64,000 nucleotides of DNA from an uncultured Pseudomonadales bacterium. GTDB lineage: Bacteria; Patescibacteriota; Microgenomatia; UBA1400; PJMF01. The notes under the pieces are model-generated. The model did not search any database and was not told the origin of the DNA. It saw only the letters and a program-made list of their open reading frames with translations. This document shows positions 56,335 to 64,000 of this stretch, in pieces. Location of the stretch: the NCBI GenBank assembly GCA_964625685.1, contig CAZVBO010000003.1:64298-128297 (forward strand), in the 5' to 3' direction. Position numbers and translations under genes: made by a program. Positions within the stretch are counted from its first letter, which is position 1. Each line of letters begins with the position of its first letter.

Positions 56335-57408
56335 TCAACTTTTTTGATTCATTTCCAGCCACTTTTCGGCATCCAGTGACGCCGCTGTGCCTTGACCAGC
56401 GGATGTAATGGCTTGCTTGTAGCGTAAATCAACCACATCGCCAGCTGCAAACACACCTGGCACTGAAGTCATACTGGGATAGACAATCAGTCCCTCTTCA
56501 TTCAAAGCTTGTTGGGCCATCGTCACCCCAGCTTGACTGGCACTTTGAGGCGTAACTACATAACCATGAGCATCTAACTCTACCTGACCTTGAAATAACT
56601 GAGTCAAAGGTTTGTGGCCAATCGCATAAAATAAACCATCAGTCGGCACGACTCGAGGTTCTTGACCCATAGTTTCTAACTTAATTTGCGTTAATTTGGT
56701 ATCTCCCAAGGCTTCGACCACTTGAGTATTCCACAAGACCTCCACTTTAGGATGATTGAGTACTCGCTCCTGCATGATTTTACTGGCTTTAAAACTATCG
56801 CGGCGATGGACCACTTTAACTTCTTTAGCAAACTTAGTCAGAGCCAACGTATCTTCCATGGCACTATCTCCACCACCCACCACATAAGCTACTTTATCTT
56901 TATAAAAAGCGGCATCACAGACAGCACAAGTAGCAATCCCTTTCCCAAAAAACTGATCTTCTCCAGGGATTCCTAACATGATAGCGGCGGCGCCAGTGGA
57001 GATGATCACACTTTCTGCTTCAAAGCCAGGTGGTTGCTCCATCACCTGCTGGCGAAAATCCTTCATTTGGTCAGGCGTTAAGTACTCAAACTGAGTCGGA
57101 TCAAATTTATCAGGTAAGTTGGTCCAAACTTTGAACGGCCGCTGTGAAAAATCGACCGCACTCACCCACGCATCCACGATCTGCGTTTCAAACCGAGCGG
57201 CTTGTTCGCGCATCTCAATCATTAAATCAGGTCCATTTTTGCCTTCCTTAAATCCAGGAAAGTTTTCAACTACGCCGGTATTCATTAATTGACCACCAGA
57301 TTTTAAGCCCCCAATTAAGATAGGGGCCAGCTTGGCCCGGCCGGCATATATGCCAGCCGTAAAGCCAGCTGGCCCCGAACCAATAATTAACAACTTTGTT
57401 TTTTGCAT
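56335..57408 (-). CDS. trxB: Thioredoxin reductase
   Basis: GSGPAG, CAVCD, GGGDSAME, FAAGDV..QAITSAG. Confidence 0.96.
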   Translation of the reverse strand: MQKTKLLIIGSGPAGFTAGIYAGRAKLAPILIGGLKSGGQLMNTGVVENFPGFKEGKNGPDLMIEMREQAARFETQIVDAWVSAVDFSQRPFKVWTNLPDKFDPTQFEYLTPDQMKDFRQQVMEQPPGFEAESVIISTGAAAIMLGIPGEDQFFGKGIATCAVCDAAFYKDKVAYVVGGGDSAMEDTLALTKFAKEVKVVHRRDSFKASKIMQERVLNHPKVEVLWNTQVVEALGDTKLTQIKLETMGQEPRVVPTDGLFYAIGHKPLTQLFQGQVELDAHGYVVTPQSASQAGVTMAQQALNEEGLIVYPSMTSVPGVFAAGDVVDLRYKQAITSAGQGTAASLDAEKWLEMNQKS

Positions 57409-57767
57409 ACTTTATTCCTTTGGCTTTTAATATATTCTTGAACCGCTTGTTCAACACCTTCTAAATTTCTTTTAACTTCGTTATCAGCAAATCGCAAAAA
57501 ATGCAATCCTACTTGCTCTAATCTAATTTGTCTTACCTCATCATAATCTCCTTTATAATCATGACTGTCTCCATCGATTTCTATAACTAACTGAAGTTTT
57601 TGACAATAGAAATCTACAATGTAATTCAATAAAGGTTTTTGGCGATTAAAAGTATATCCTCCAATTTTGGTCTTTAAGACCTGCCAAAGTAAAATTTCAG
57701 AAAGAGTACTTTGGTTTCGTAATTTTCTTGCTTTTGTTTTTAATGTTGGATTGTAATAAATTCGCAT
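57387..57767 (-). CDS. DUF559 (Vsr-like) endonuclease
   Basis: ARKLR..ST.SE.LLW, FNRQ.P...YIVDFYC...IEIDG.SH. Confidence 0.92.
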   Translation of the reverse strand: MRIYYNPTLKTKARKLRNQSTLSEILLWQVLKTKIGGYTFNRQKPLLNYIVDFYCQKLQLVIEIDGDSHDYKGDYDEVRQIRLEQVGLHFLRFADNEVKRNLEGVEQAVQEYIKSQRNKVCKKQSC

Positions 57768-57777
57768 AGGATAAATG

Positions 57778-57931
57778 CCTCTGTCTGGATTTCTCCAGAC
57801 GTCTCCTCTTAGAAAGAGGAGATTTTGAGTTAATTTATCTCTCATGTATTACAACAAAGTGACCTAGTCCCCTTTTCCTAAAAGGGGCATCAAGTCAGGC
57901 ACTTCAAAGTGCATGACCTGATGGGGCATTT
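57778..57931. repeat. Two palindromic repeats upstream of the DUF559 gene
   Basis: CCTCTGTCT...AGAC.TCTCCTCTT.GA.AGAGGAGATTTT and CCCCTTTT.CTAAAAGGGGCATCAAGT...ACCTGATGGGGCATTT; both recur at 60813-60933. Confidence 0.8.
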
Positions 57932-58286
57932 ACTCTAATGCTTTATCAAGCATCTCTCTGTATCCATCCTCCCCAGGAAAACCAATTTTCCGGTCAACTT
58001 CTTCCATTTGATCACCTTTTTTCTTCATTACCACCACCGTCGGAATACTCATTACTCCAAACTGACCAGCCACATCTCGATTTTCATCCACATCAAGTTT
58101 GGCAATCACAGCTTTGCCTGCATACTCACCAGCCAACTTGTCTACAATGGGAGCTGCCATTTTACAAGGACCACACCATTGGGCAAAAAAATCAATGAAC
58201 ACTGGTTGATCTCCAGCATCTTTTAAGGTTTGTTTGAAGGTGTCTTCGCTTAAGTGAAGAGCGCCTTTCTGAGTATTATCGGCCAT
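57930..58286 (-). CDS. trxA: Thioredoxin
   Basis: WCGPC, SIPT. Confidence 0.96.
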   Translation of the reverse strand: MADNTQKGALHLSEDTFKQTLKDAGDQPVFIDFFAQWCGPCKMAAPIVDKLAGEYAGKAVIAKLDVDENRDVAGQFGVMSIPTVVVMKKKGDQMEEVDRKIGFPGEDGYREMLDKALE

Positions 58287-58346
58287 AGAGCCTCCTTATT
58301 AATATTTAATGATTAATGTCTAATGTCTAATGTCTAACACTGGATT

Positions 58347-58417
58347 GTCATTCCCGCGAAGGCGGGAATCCATACTTATTTAACTTGCCCTAGATTCTGA
58401 GTTAAACTCAGGATGAC
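58347..58417. repeat. REP-like inverted pair (GTCAT family)
   Basis: GTCATTCCCGCGAAGGCGGGAATCCA...AGATTCTGAGTTAAACTCAGGATGAC. Confidence 0.8.
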
Positions 58418-58458
58418 AGTTAAACTGTAAACATTAACCAATAATCATTAGTCACTAA

Positions 58459-58746
58459 TTAGTATCTAAATACTTCCTTTAGAATCTCATCCAAATCACC
58501 CAGCCGGCGTTCTTTGGAACAATGACTGGCTTCACTGGTCAGTAAGTCCCGAGCCACTCGGCCCAGCGAACTGCGAGCCGCAATCACTTGCCGCACAATA
58601 TCCACACAGGCTCTTTCATCTTCATACATCTTAATCACGCCGTCAAGCTGACCTCGGATTCTCTTGAGTTGAGTCAGCGTTTGATCAGAACTTGCAGCCG
58701 GCGAGTTTTTAGCAGCCGTTAATTTCAGTTTCATCATGGCTCTCAT
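58459..58746 (-). CDS. csoR: CsoR/RcnR-family repressor
   Basis: LKRIRGQL.G..KM...R.C.DI..Q..A...HC. Confidence 0.85.
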   Translation of the reverse strand: MRAMMKLKLTAAKNSPAASSDQTLTQLKRIRGQLDGVIKMYEDERACVDIVRQVIAARSSLGRVARDLLTSEASHCSKERRLGDLDEILKEVFRY

Positions 58747-58747
58747 G

Positions 58748-58764
58748 ATACCCCTAGGGGGTAT
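58748..58764. promoter_or_regulatory. CsoR-family operator
   Basis: ATACCCCTAGGGGGTAT palindrome with C/G tracts at the gene start. Confidence 0.8.
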
Positions 58765-58789
58765 GTAGTGTCAATGGGAAAAGGGGCGA

Positions 58790-60571
58790 TTAGTTTTTGC
58801 GTTTTAATAACACAATTTGTTTTAATAGCTCAGATTGGCGAGCTTCTTCTTGAGGAGTTTTTTCAGCCTTAGCATCCAGCTGATCCAGTTCATGAGTGAT
58901 CTGAGCCACTGCTTCTGCCACTGAGAGCGCCTTCAAATCTTTGAGGGTGTTATCCCACTCTTTCTCGAGGTCTAATTCATCGACAATTTCAATATAGTCA
59001 GGCTGAAGATAAACTTCAGACACCAACTGTTGTTGATCTTCTGGCAGTTGCTTCATAAACTGGGTCAAATCAAAGCTACTAGACTGCTTTTCTAAAGTTT
59101 GAACCAGTGGTTTGACACCTATTTTTTTCCATCGCAAATTTTTTAGTTCAGATACTCGATGAGTCTCAAACGGCATTCGAAAGAATAAGAAGAGAATATA
59201 ACTTTCCAGTCTTTCCCGGCGAGTTTGAGGCTGGTCTTTTTCCACTGGTTCAACTGAAGTAGCAGCTTTTTTAGAACTAGCAAAAAGCGTCGTTTTATCT
59301 TTAAAGGTGTCAATATCTTTCCGCACCACTTCATCTTTGACTCCCAAAACTTGAGCCAACTTTTTAATGTAAAAATCTTGTTCCACCGCATGAGGAATAC
59401 TGCCAAAGATAGGTGCTAACTCATCAATGATTTGCCGTTTTCCTTCTGGAGTTTGGGTGCCATATTGATTGACTGCATTTTGCAAAAAGAATTCGTAGAC
59501 CGAGACAGAAGTTTTGGTGGCTTCTCGCCACGCTTTCGGATCAGTTTTGGCTAGCTCATCCGGATCTTTACCTGAGGGTAACTTCAAAACTCGTAGCTCA
59601 ATTTCAAACTCGCGAGCTAAAGTAATGGCTCTCTTGGTTGCTTCTCGGCCAGCACTATCCATGTCGAGACTTAACAATACTTTTTTGACCGTTCGCCGCA
59701 GTAACTGCAATTGTTCTCGAGTCAAAGCCGAACCTTTAATCGCTACAATCTGATTCACATGCGCCTGAGTCGAGGAAATAACATCTAGTTCTCCCTCAGC
59801 CACAATTACTTCCTGAGCTTGACGAATGTGCTGGTAGAGCTGAGAGTAGCCAAACAACAATTCTGACTTGTGATACAGCATCGTTTCCGGACTATTAATA
59901 TACTTAGCTTCTTTAACATCTTTTTTCAAAGTCCGACCAGAAAAGCCAACAATTTGCCCTCGAGCATTAGTCAGTGGAAACATGACTCGATCTCGAAATC
60001 GATCGTAATACCGACCATTTCGGCCTTTAATAATCAAACCAGCCGCTTCTAAATCAGCTAAACTATACTTTTTCTTTTGATGCAAGTATTTAATTAAGCC
60101 ATCCCAACCAGGCAAAGCATACCCCATCTGGAAAATTTTGATCGATTCTTTGACAATTCCCCGTTGATGGAGATACTCCCGGGCTGGTTCACCTGCCGGG
60201 TGAGTGGTTAGTAGATAGTGATAGTATTCTTTGGTTAAATCTAAAATATCCAGCAGTCGTTCTCTTTGTTCGTCCTGAGGAGTAGCTTGATAGTCTTTGA
60301 GCTCAATCCCGGCCCGATCAGCTAAATACTTCAAACTTTCGTAAAAGCTCATCCCTTCATACTTTTCTAAAAAGTTAAATACATCACCTGATTCTCCACA
60401 GCCAAAACAGCGATAGCGTTGGAGCTGTTCATTCACAAAAAAAGAGGGTGACTTTTCACTATGAAAAGGACACAATCCTTTGTAATTGACTCCAGATCGT
60501 TTGAGTTCAACTCGCTCCCCAATGATCTGGACGATATCGCTGGCATCTTTGACTTGTTTGGCTTGGGACAT
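58790..60571 (-). CDS. dnaG: DNA primase
   Basis: CPFH.EKSPSF...CFGC, FSGR, KYINSPET, EGELD, D.D.AG, KDPD. Confidence 0.97.
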   Translation of the reverse strand: MSQAKQVKDASDIVQIIGERVELKRSGVNYKGLCPFHSEKSPSFFVNEQLQRYRCFGCGESGDVFNFLEKYEGMSFYESLKYLADRAGIELKDYQATPQDEQRERLLDILDLTKEYYHYLLTTHPAGEPAREYLHQRGIVKESIKIFQMGYALPGWDGLIKYLHQKKKYSLADLEAAGLIIKGRNGRYYDRFRDRVMFPLTNARGQIVGFSGRTLKKDVKEAKYINSPETMLYHKSELLFGYSQLYQHIRQAQEVIVAEGELDVISSTQAHVNQIVAIKGSALTREQLQLLRRTVKKVLLSLDMDSAGREATKRAITLAREFEIELRVLKLPSGKDPDELAKTDPKAWREATKTSVSVYEFFLQNAVNQYGTQTPEGKRQIIDELAPIFGSIPHAVEQDFYIKKLAQVLGVKDEVVRKDIDTFKDKTTLFASSKKAATSVEPVEKDQPQTRRERLESYILFLFFRMPFETHRVSELKNLRWKKIGVKPLVQTLEKQSSSFDLTQFMKQLPEDQQQLVSEVYLQPDYIEIVDELDLEKEWDNTLKDLKALSVAEAVAQITHELDQLDAKAEKTPQEEARQSELLKQIVLLKRKN

Positions 60572-60812
60572 GGTTTAATGATTAATGTTTATTGGTTATT
60601 GATTATTGATTATTGTTTAATTTCACAATCTCAAGATGTTAGTTTTTTTCCCTTAACTTGGAATTTGCCTGCCTGCGCAGACAGGTTTGGATTTTGGAAT
60701 TTGGAATTTATAGCCTCATTATCAAGTATACCTTATTTCTTGCAACTAACAATCAAAACCCGAATGGAAAAGCAAGTGATTAGTGTCTAATGTTTAATGG
60801 TTAATGACAAAT

Positions 60813-60933
60813 CCCCTTTTTCTAAAAGGGGCATCAAGTGAGTGAAACGAACCTGATGGGGCATTTCAGTAATGGCTTAAACACCTCTGTCTCGCTATCG
60901 CTAGACTTCTCCTCTTTGATAAGAGGAGATTTT
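60813..60933. repeat. Gene-less copy of the DUF559-associated repeat pair
   Basis: Same two palindromic units as 57778-57931, in swapped order. Confidence 0.8.
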
Positions 60934-61033
60934 CTATTTATTCTTCGCATACCATTCACAACTGACACGAAATACTGGCACTAATCACTAACCAATAAAC
61001 AATAACCATTCGCTTCCCTGTTATAATGAAGGT

Positions 61034-61387
61034 ATGTCTAAAAAGAAACGCAATCAACAAAACCCTGCCTTCGCTACCCCTTTCGGCAAATACTTTAAAC
61101 TGCTGGATGAAGTCGACAAGGGTCAACGTTACTCTAAAGAATTTGGCTCCATCCTGATTTTGGGACTGGTTGAAGAAATTGGCGAGATGGCTCGAGCCTA
61201 CTTAGCTAAGCATGGTCGTAAAAAAACCAATCTAGCAGCTCAAGCTGATGAAACTTATGAGCAAGAACTCGGTGATATCTTACTGACCATTATTCGGTTT
61301 GCCCGCGTTAAGAAAATTAATCTCGATGAACGCATCATGTATTCACTCCAAAAAATCGAAAAACGGAAAACCGAACCGAAACGATAG
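61034..61387 (+). CDS. MazG-like NTP pyrophosphohydrolase
   Basis: LVEEIGE...ELGDIL; TGtTATAAT lies 6 nt before the ATG, suggesting a leaderless mRNA. Confidence 0.85.
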   Translation: MSKKKRNQQNPAFATPFGKYFKLLDEVDKGQRYSKEFGSILILGLVEEIGEMARAYLAKHGRKKTNLAAQADETYEQELGDILLTIIRFARVKKINLDERIMYSLQKIEKRKTEPKR

Positions 61388-61514
61388 AGAATTTTTTGCA
61401 GCTAATGACTACCTAATTAGTTCAAAGTATATCAATCCCTCGAGGTTTGTCAATAACTTTGGGAAGAATTGCTGGTTTAGATTTTTCAAAAAAGGAATCC
61501 TTTGAATAATCAGA

Positions 61515-63245
61515 TTATAATCCGATACTTTGGATTGAATTTGCAATTGCTTGTGCTAACGCTATGTGTCCATCCGGGTTCGGATGTATACCATCAACAG
61601 TATGGGAAGCTCCATCATCATCTGCTTTGAGTATAACTCTTTCGTCAGCCACTACATGAGCCCAATTACGACCTGAAATAACTTGTGGAATATAGGTGTC
61701 TCCTATGCTATCCCAAAGAGAATCGCTTCCCCTTCTCCATGGTTTTACTATTCCTATTTTTGCGTTTGGCTCGAAAACGTGAGCGGTATCTAGCAAATAC
61801 TGATAGTCTGTAACCCACTGAGCTTCATTTCCAGACAAATTTGCTGAATCATTAACACCTAGACTAAAAATAATCCAATTGGTCCCATGATATCGACTTG
61901 CAAAATCGTCATTAATAACCGAAGTGAACTTTAAACTACCTGTCGTGCCGTAGTTAACTCCGTAAGAATTTCTTCCATCGCGCAATGGGAATTCATTCCA
62001 AACTAAACCAGTAGAAGATGTTAGTAAATCGCGAGTACGAGCAGCAAAACCATTTTCATATTGAGGATATGTATTTGTATCATCCCCACTTCCAACTGTT
62101 TTGCTATCACCAATAAACAAAATACCTTTATCAACAGTAGAGGTACCAGTGTATAGATCAACAAAAAGAGGAAAACACTGCAGTTCAGATCCTGCATGGC
62201 TTACCTTTACTCCAGTCGCCATAAAATTACTACGAGCATTATTATATTCAACCTTAAAAGTGGTGTTTACATAGACTCTGATTGCATAACGATCCAATTC
62301 AGCCCAAACTCTATATGTTGTGCCACTTGTCCAAGTATGGGAGGTGCTGGCACGTTCTGTTTCAGTACCACTAGATTTCTCGATGATTTTGATAGTACTA
62401 TTTGCCTGATCCATTCTAATTATCCAGCAATTATTATCATCGGTTTGTCTGACTATTAGTTCCTGAGTAATGCCTGTTTGCGCAGTAATTGTGTGATAGA
62501 TTTGCGCATCAGCTTTACTTGTTGCTGTGTCGTTGTCGACGGTTGTTGGTTTTCGACTCGTAACAATACCAAAGCGATCACGAAAGTTAGAAGGTAGTCT
62601 AGTTGTAACACCAATCTGCTGAAATTTTAATGGACGATTAACGTCGTTAAAACGCCATCTGATATTAGCTGCTGTTTGAGTTTCATTTACATGGGATAGT
62701 GTCCACTTACTTTCACCAATGAAACGTTTAAAGTAGAATGCACCAGGAAAACGACTTACTATCAGCTGTTCACAAATTGTTGGTTTGCTAGTGTATACAC
62801 CATTAATCTGCCCCCATGCCTTCCTGTCGTCAACGTTTTGGGCGCGAAAATTATTATAGTACTGAGTGAAGTACATCAAATCAGTGCTTGAGGCGTTAAT
62901 ATCGCTATCAAAACCTAAAAAACCATTTGAACGACGTGCATCCCAAATTTTAACTCTTGCATACGCAGCTATACCTATCTGGTTAGAAAATTCTGCGCTA
63001 TGAATTTCAGGATCGTTATATGATAGATAAATAGTATCTTCCCGTTCTAGCTCATTATTGTTGATGTTATAGAGAGCAGTCGAATCATTTATATTCAAAC
63101 TACCCAATTCAACATATGGTGATCCTAAAACTCCATTGATGCTATTATCATCTGGTCCCTGAAATGAAGCCGAAAGTAAATTAAAAATTAACCTTTTTTG
63201 ACCTGTTTTAGTCGCGAAATTAACTCTTTGTCTTGCTAGTTTCAT
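61515..63245 (-). CDS. Beta-rich protein with C-terminal SGNH/GDSL hydrolase
   Basis: FIGDSKT, LGVND, DGIHPN..GH. Confidence 0.85.
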   Translation of the reverse strand: MKLARQRVNFATKTGQKRLIFNLLSASFQGPDDNSINGVLGSPYVELGSLNINDSTALYNINNNELEREDTIYLSYNDPEIHSAEFSNQIGIAAYARVKIWDARRSNGFLGFDSDINASSTDLMYFTQYYNNFRAQNVDDRKAWGQINGVYTSKPTICEQLIVSRFPGAFYFKRFIGESKWTLSHVNETQTAANIRWRFNDVNRPLKFQQIGVTTRLPSNFRDRFGIVTSRKPTTVDNDTATSKADAQIYHTITAQTGITQELIVRQTDDNNCWIIRMDQANSTIKIIEKSSGTETERASTSHTWTSGTTYRVWAELDRYAIRVYVNTTFKVEYNNARSNFMATGVKVSHAGSELQCFPLFVDLYTGTSTVDKGILFIGDSKTVGSGDDTNTYPQYENGFAARTRDLLTSSTGLVWNEFPLRDGRNSYGVNYGTTGSLKFTSVINDDFASRYHGTNWIIFSLGVNDSANLSGNEAQWVTDYQYLLDTAHVFEPNAKIGIVKPWRRGSDSLWDSIGDTYIPQVISGRNWAHVVADERVILKADDDGASHTVDGIHPNPDGHIALAQAIANSIQSIGL

Positions 63246-63249
63246 AATG

Positions 63250-63687
63250 TTAGCTCATATTCTGGCCAGACAAAAAGCCAAACCAATTAGTACCGTCAGG
63301 AGAGAAAAAACCAATAACATCAATCGCCCCTATTGCGGTTGAGAGAGTAGGATCATTGCCATTATCCCATTTCACTTCTGAAGGCCAGGTGATAGTATAA
63401 CTACCAGAACCACCTTGTTTCACAACTACAGTCAGTGATTGTCCAGCCACAGCAGTGGGGAAAGTAAGAGTACAATTTTGAGTTAGAGTTAAATAATGAA
63501 TTCCAGCACTGGTTGGTGCTGGCAGAGTATAAGAAGCACCTGCATCTGATTGAGTATTCACGACATCAGTAACAAGTCCAGTGGAAAGACCATGGGTTCC
63601 ATCTGAGTTATGCTCAACTTCCAGAAACTCATTTAAAACTGTTCCCCAGTTGCCATCATCTCCATTTACGGTTGGTAGTCTTGCCAT
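63250..63687 (-). CDS. Tail-fibre-like/surface protein
   Basis: MARLP...DDGNWGTVLNEFL.VEHNSDG, then QGGSGSYTITWP..VKW..G..PTLS...DV..F..DGTNW.G. Confidence 0.6.
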   Translation of the reverse strand: MARLPTVNGDDGNWGTVLNEFLEVEHNSDGTHGLSTGLVTDVVNTQSDAGASYTLPAPTSAGIHYLTLTQNCTLTFPTAVAGQSLTVVVKQGGSGSYTITWPSEVKWDNGNDPTLSTAIGAIDVIGFFSPDGTNWFGFLSGQNMS

Positions 63688-63743
63688 ACTTTAATGATTA
63701 TTGGCTAATGGTTAATGGTTAATCCTACCAATGCTGATAGGAT

Positions 63744-63947
63744 TTAAGCACCATAGGGACCAGAGCCAAAACCTCCTCTTACTAACTTTGACTGTTTTTT
63801 ATTGTTGTTTACTAAATTCGGGTCTGAGATGGTACTCATTAAACTTGAAATTCCCGTGATAGCAAGCATCAGTAACCCTAAGTGAAGTAAGAATTCTCTC
63901 CTGGTCATTTGCTTGGTCAATAATTCATCAAAGGAAAATATTTTCAT
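63744..63947 (-). CDS. Small single-TM protein with RREFL motif and GFGSGPYG tail
   Basis: GAAGGAAG RBS; MTRREFLLHLG... Confidence 0.65.
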   Translation of the reverse strand: MKIFSFDELLTKQMTRREFLLHLGLLMLAITGISSLMSTISDPNLVNNNKKQSKLVRGGFGSGPYGA

Positions 63948-64000
63948 CTTCCTTCACTATAGTATAGAGTGAAAATCACAGTCAAGCGGGGAAAATCATG

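Overview
Probably a Patescibacteria (CPR, Microgenomates-like) chromosome segment; the taxonomy is inferred from gene style and intergenic repeat families. (1) 1-6.1 kb is a tryptophan-linked locus. It holds a >862-aa RPH/PigC-like phosphotransferase gene missed by the ORF track, preceded by a TrpR-type operator, a sigma70 promoter, a tandem-Trp leader peptide and an attenuator. A DMT transporter and trpS face the other way. (2) ~6.2-16.7 kb is integrative element 1: CBASS (CD-NTase + SLATT), Ltp, XRE, a wHTH regulator, SpoVG-like and DUF669-like proteins, a Prim-Pol/helicase and a large serine recombinase (LSR). (3) 16.7-51.6 kb is integrative element 2, inserted at the 3' end of tRNA-Asn. 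It carries a 5-gene candidate defence operon (Dam-like MTase, ParB-N, PD-(D/E)xK, SNF2, ParB-N), a ~24 kb heavy-metal/thiol-redox cargo, a small backbone and a second LSR. That LSR is preceded by an array of six different 3x11-bp direct-repeat units. (4) 51.6-64 kb is mostly core genome (rpoD, gdhA, malic enzyme, trxB, trxA, csoR, dnaG) with REP-like repeats, GIY-YIG and DUF559 nucleases, and the start of a surface-protein cluster. Strongest leads: the heterogeneous repeat array before LSR2, the Trp-regulated phosphotransferase, integration-dependent swapping of the LSR C-terminus, and the ParB/SNF2/Dam operon. All family calls come from motif recognition by eye; no searches were run.
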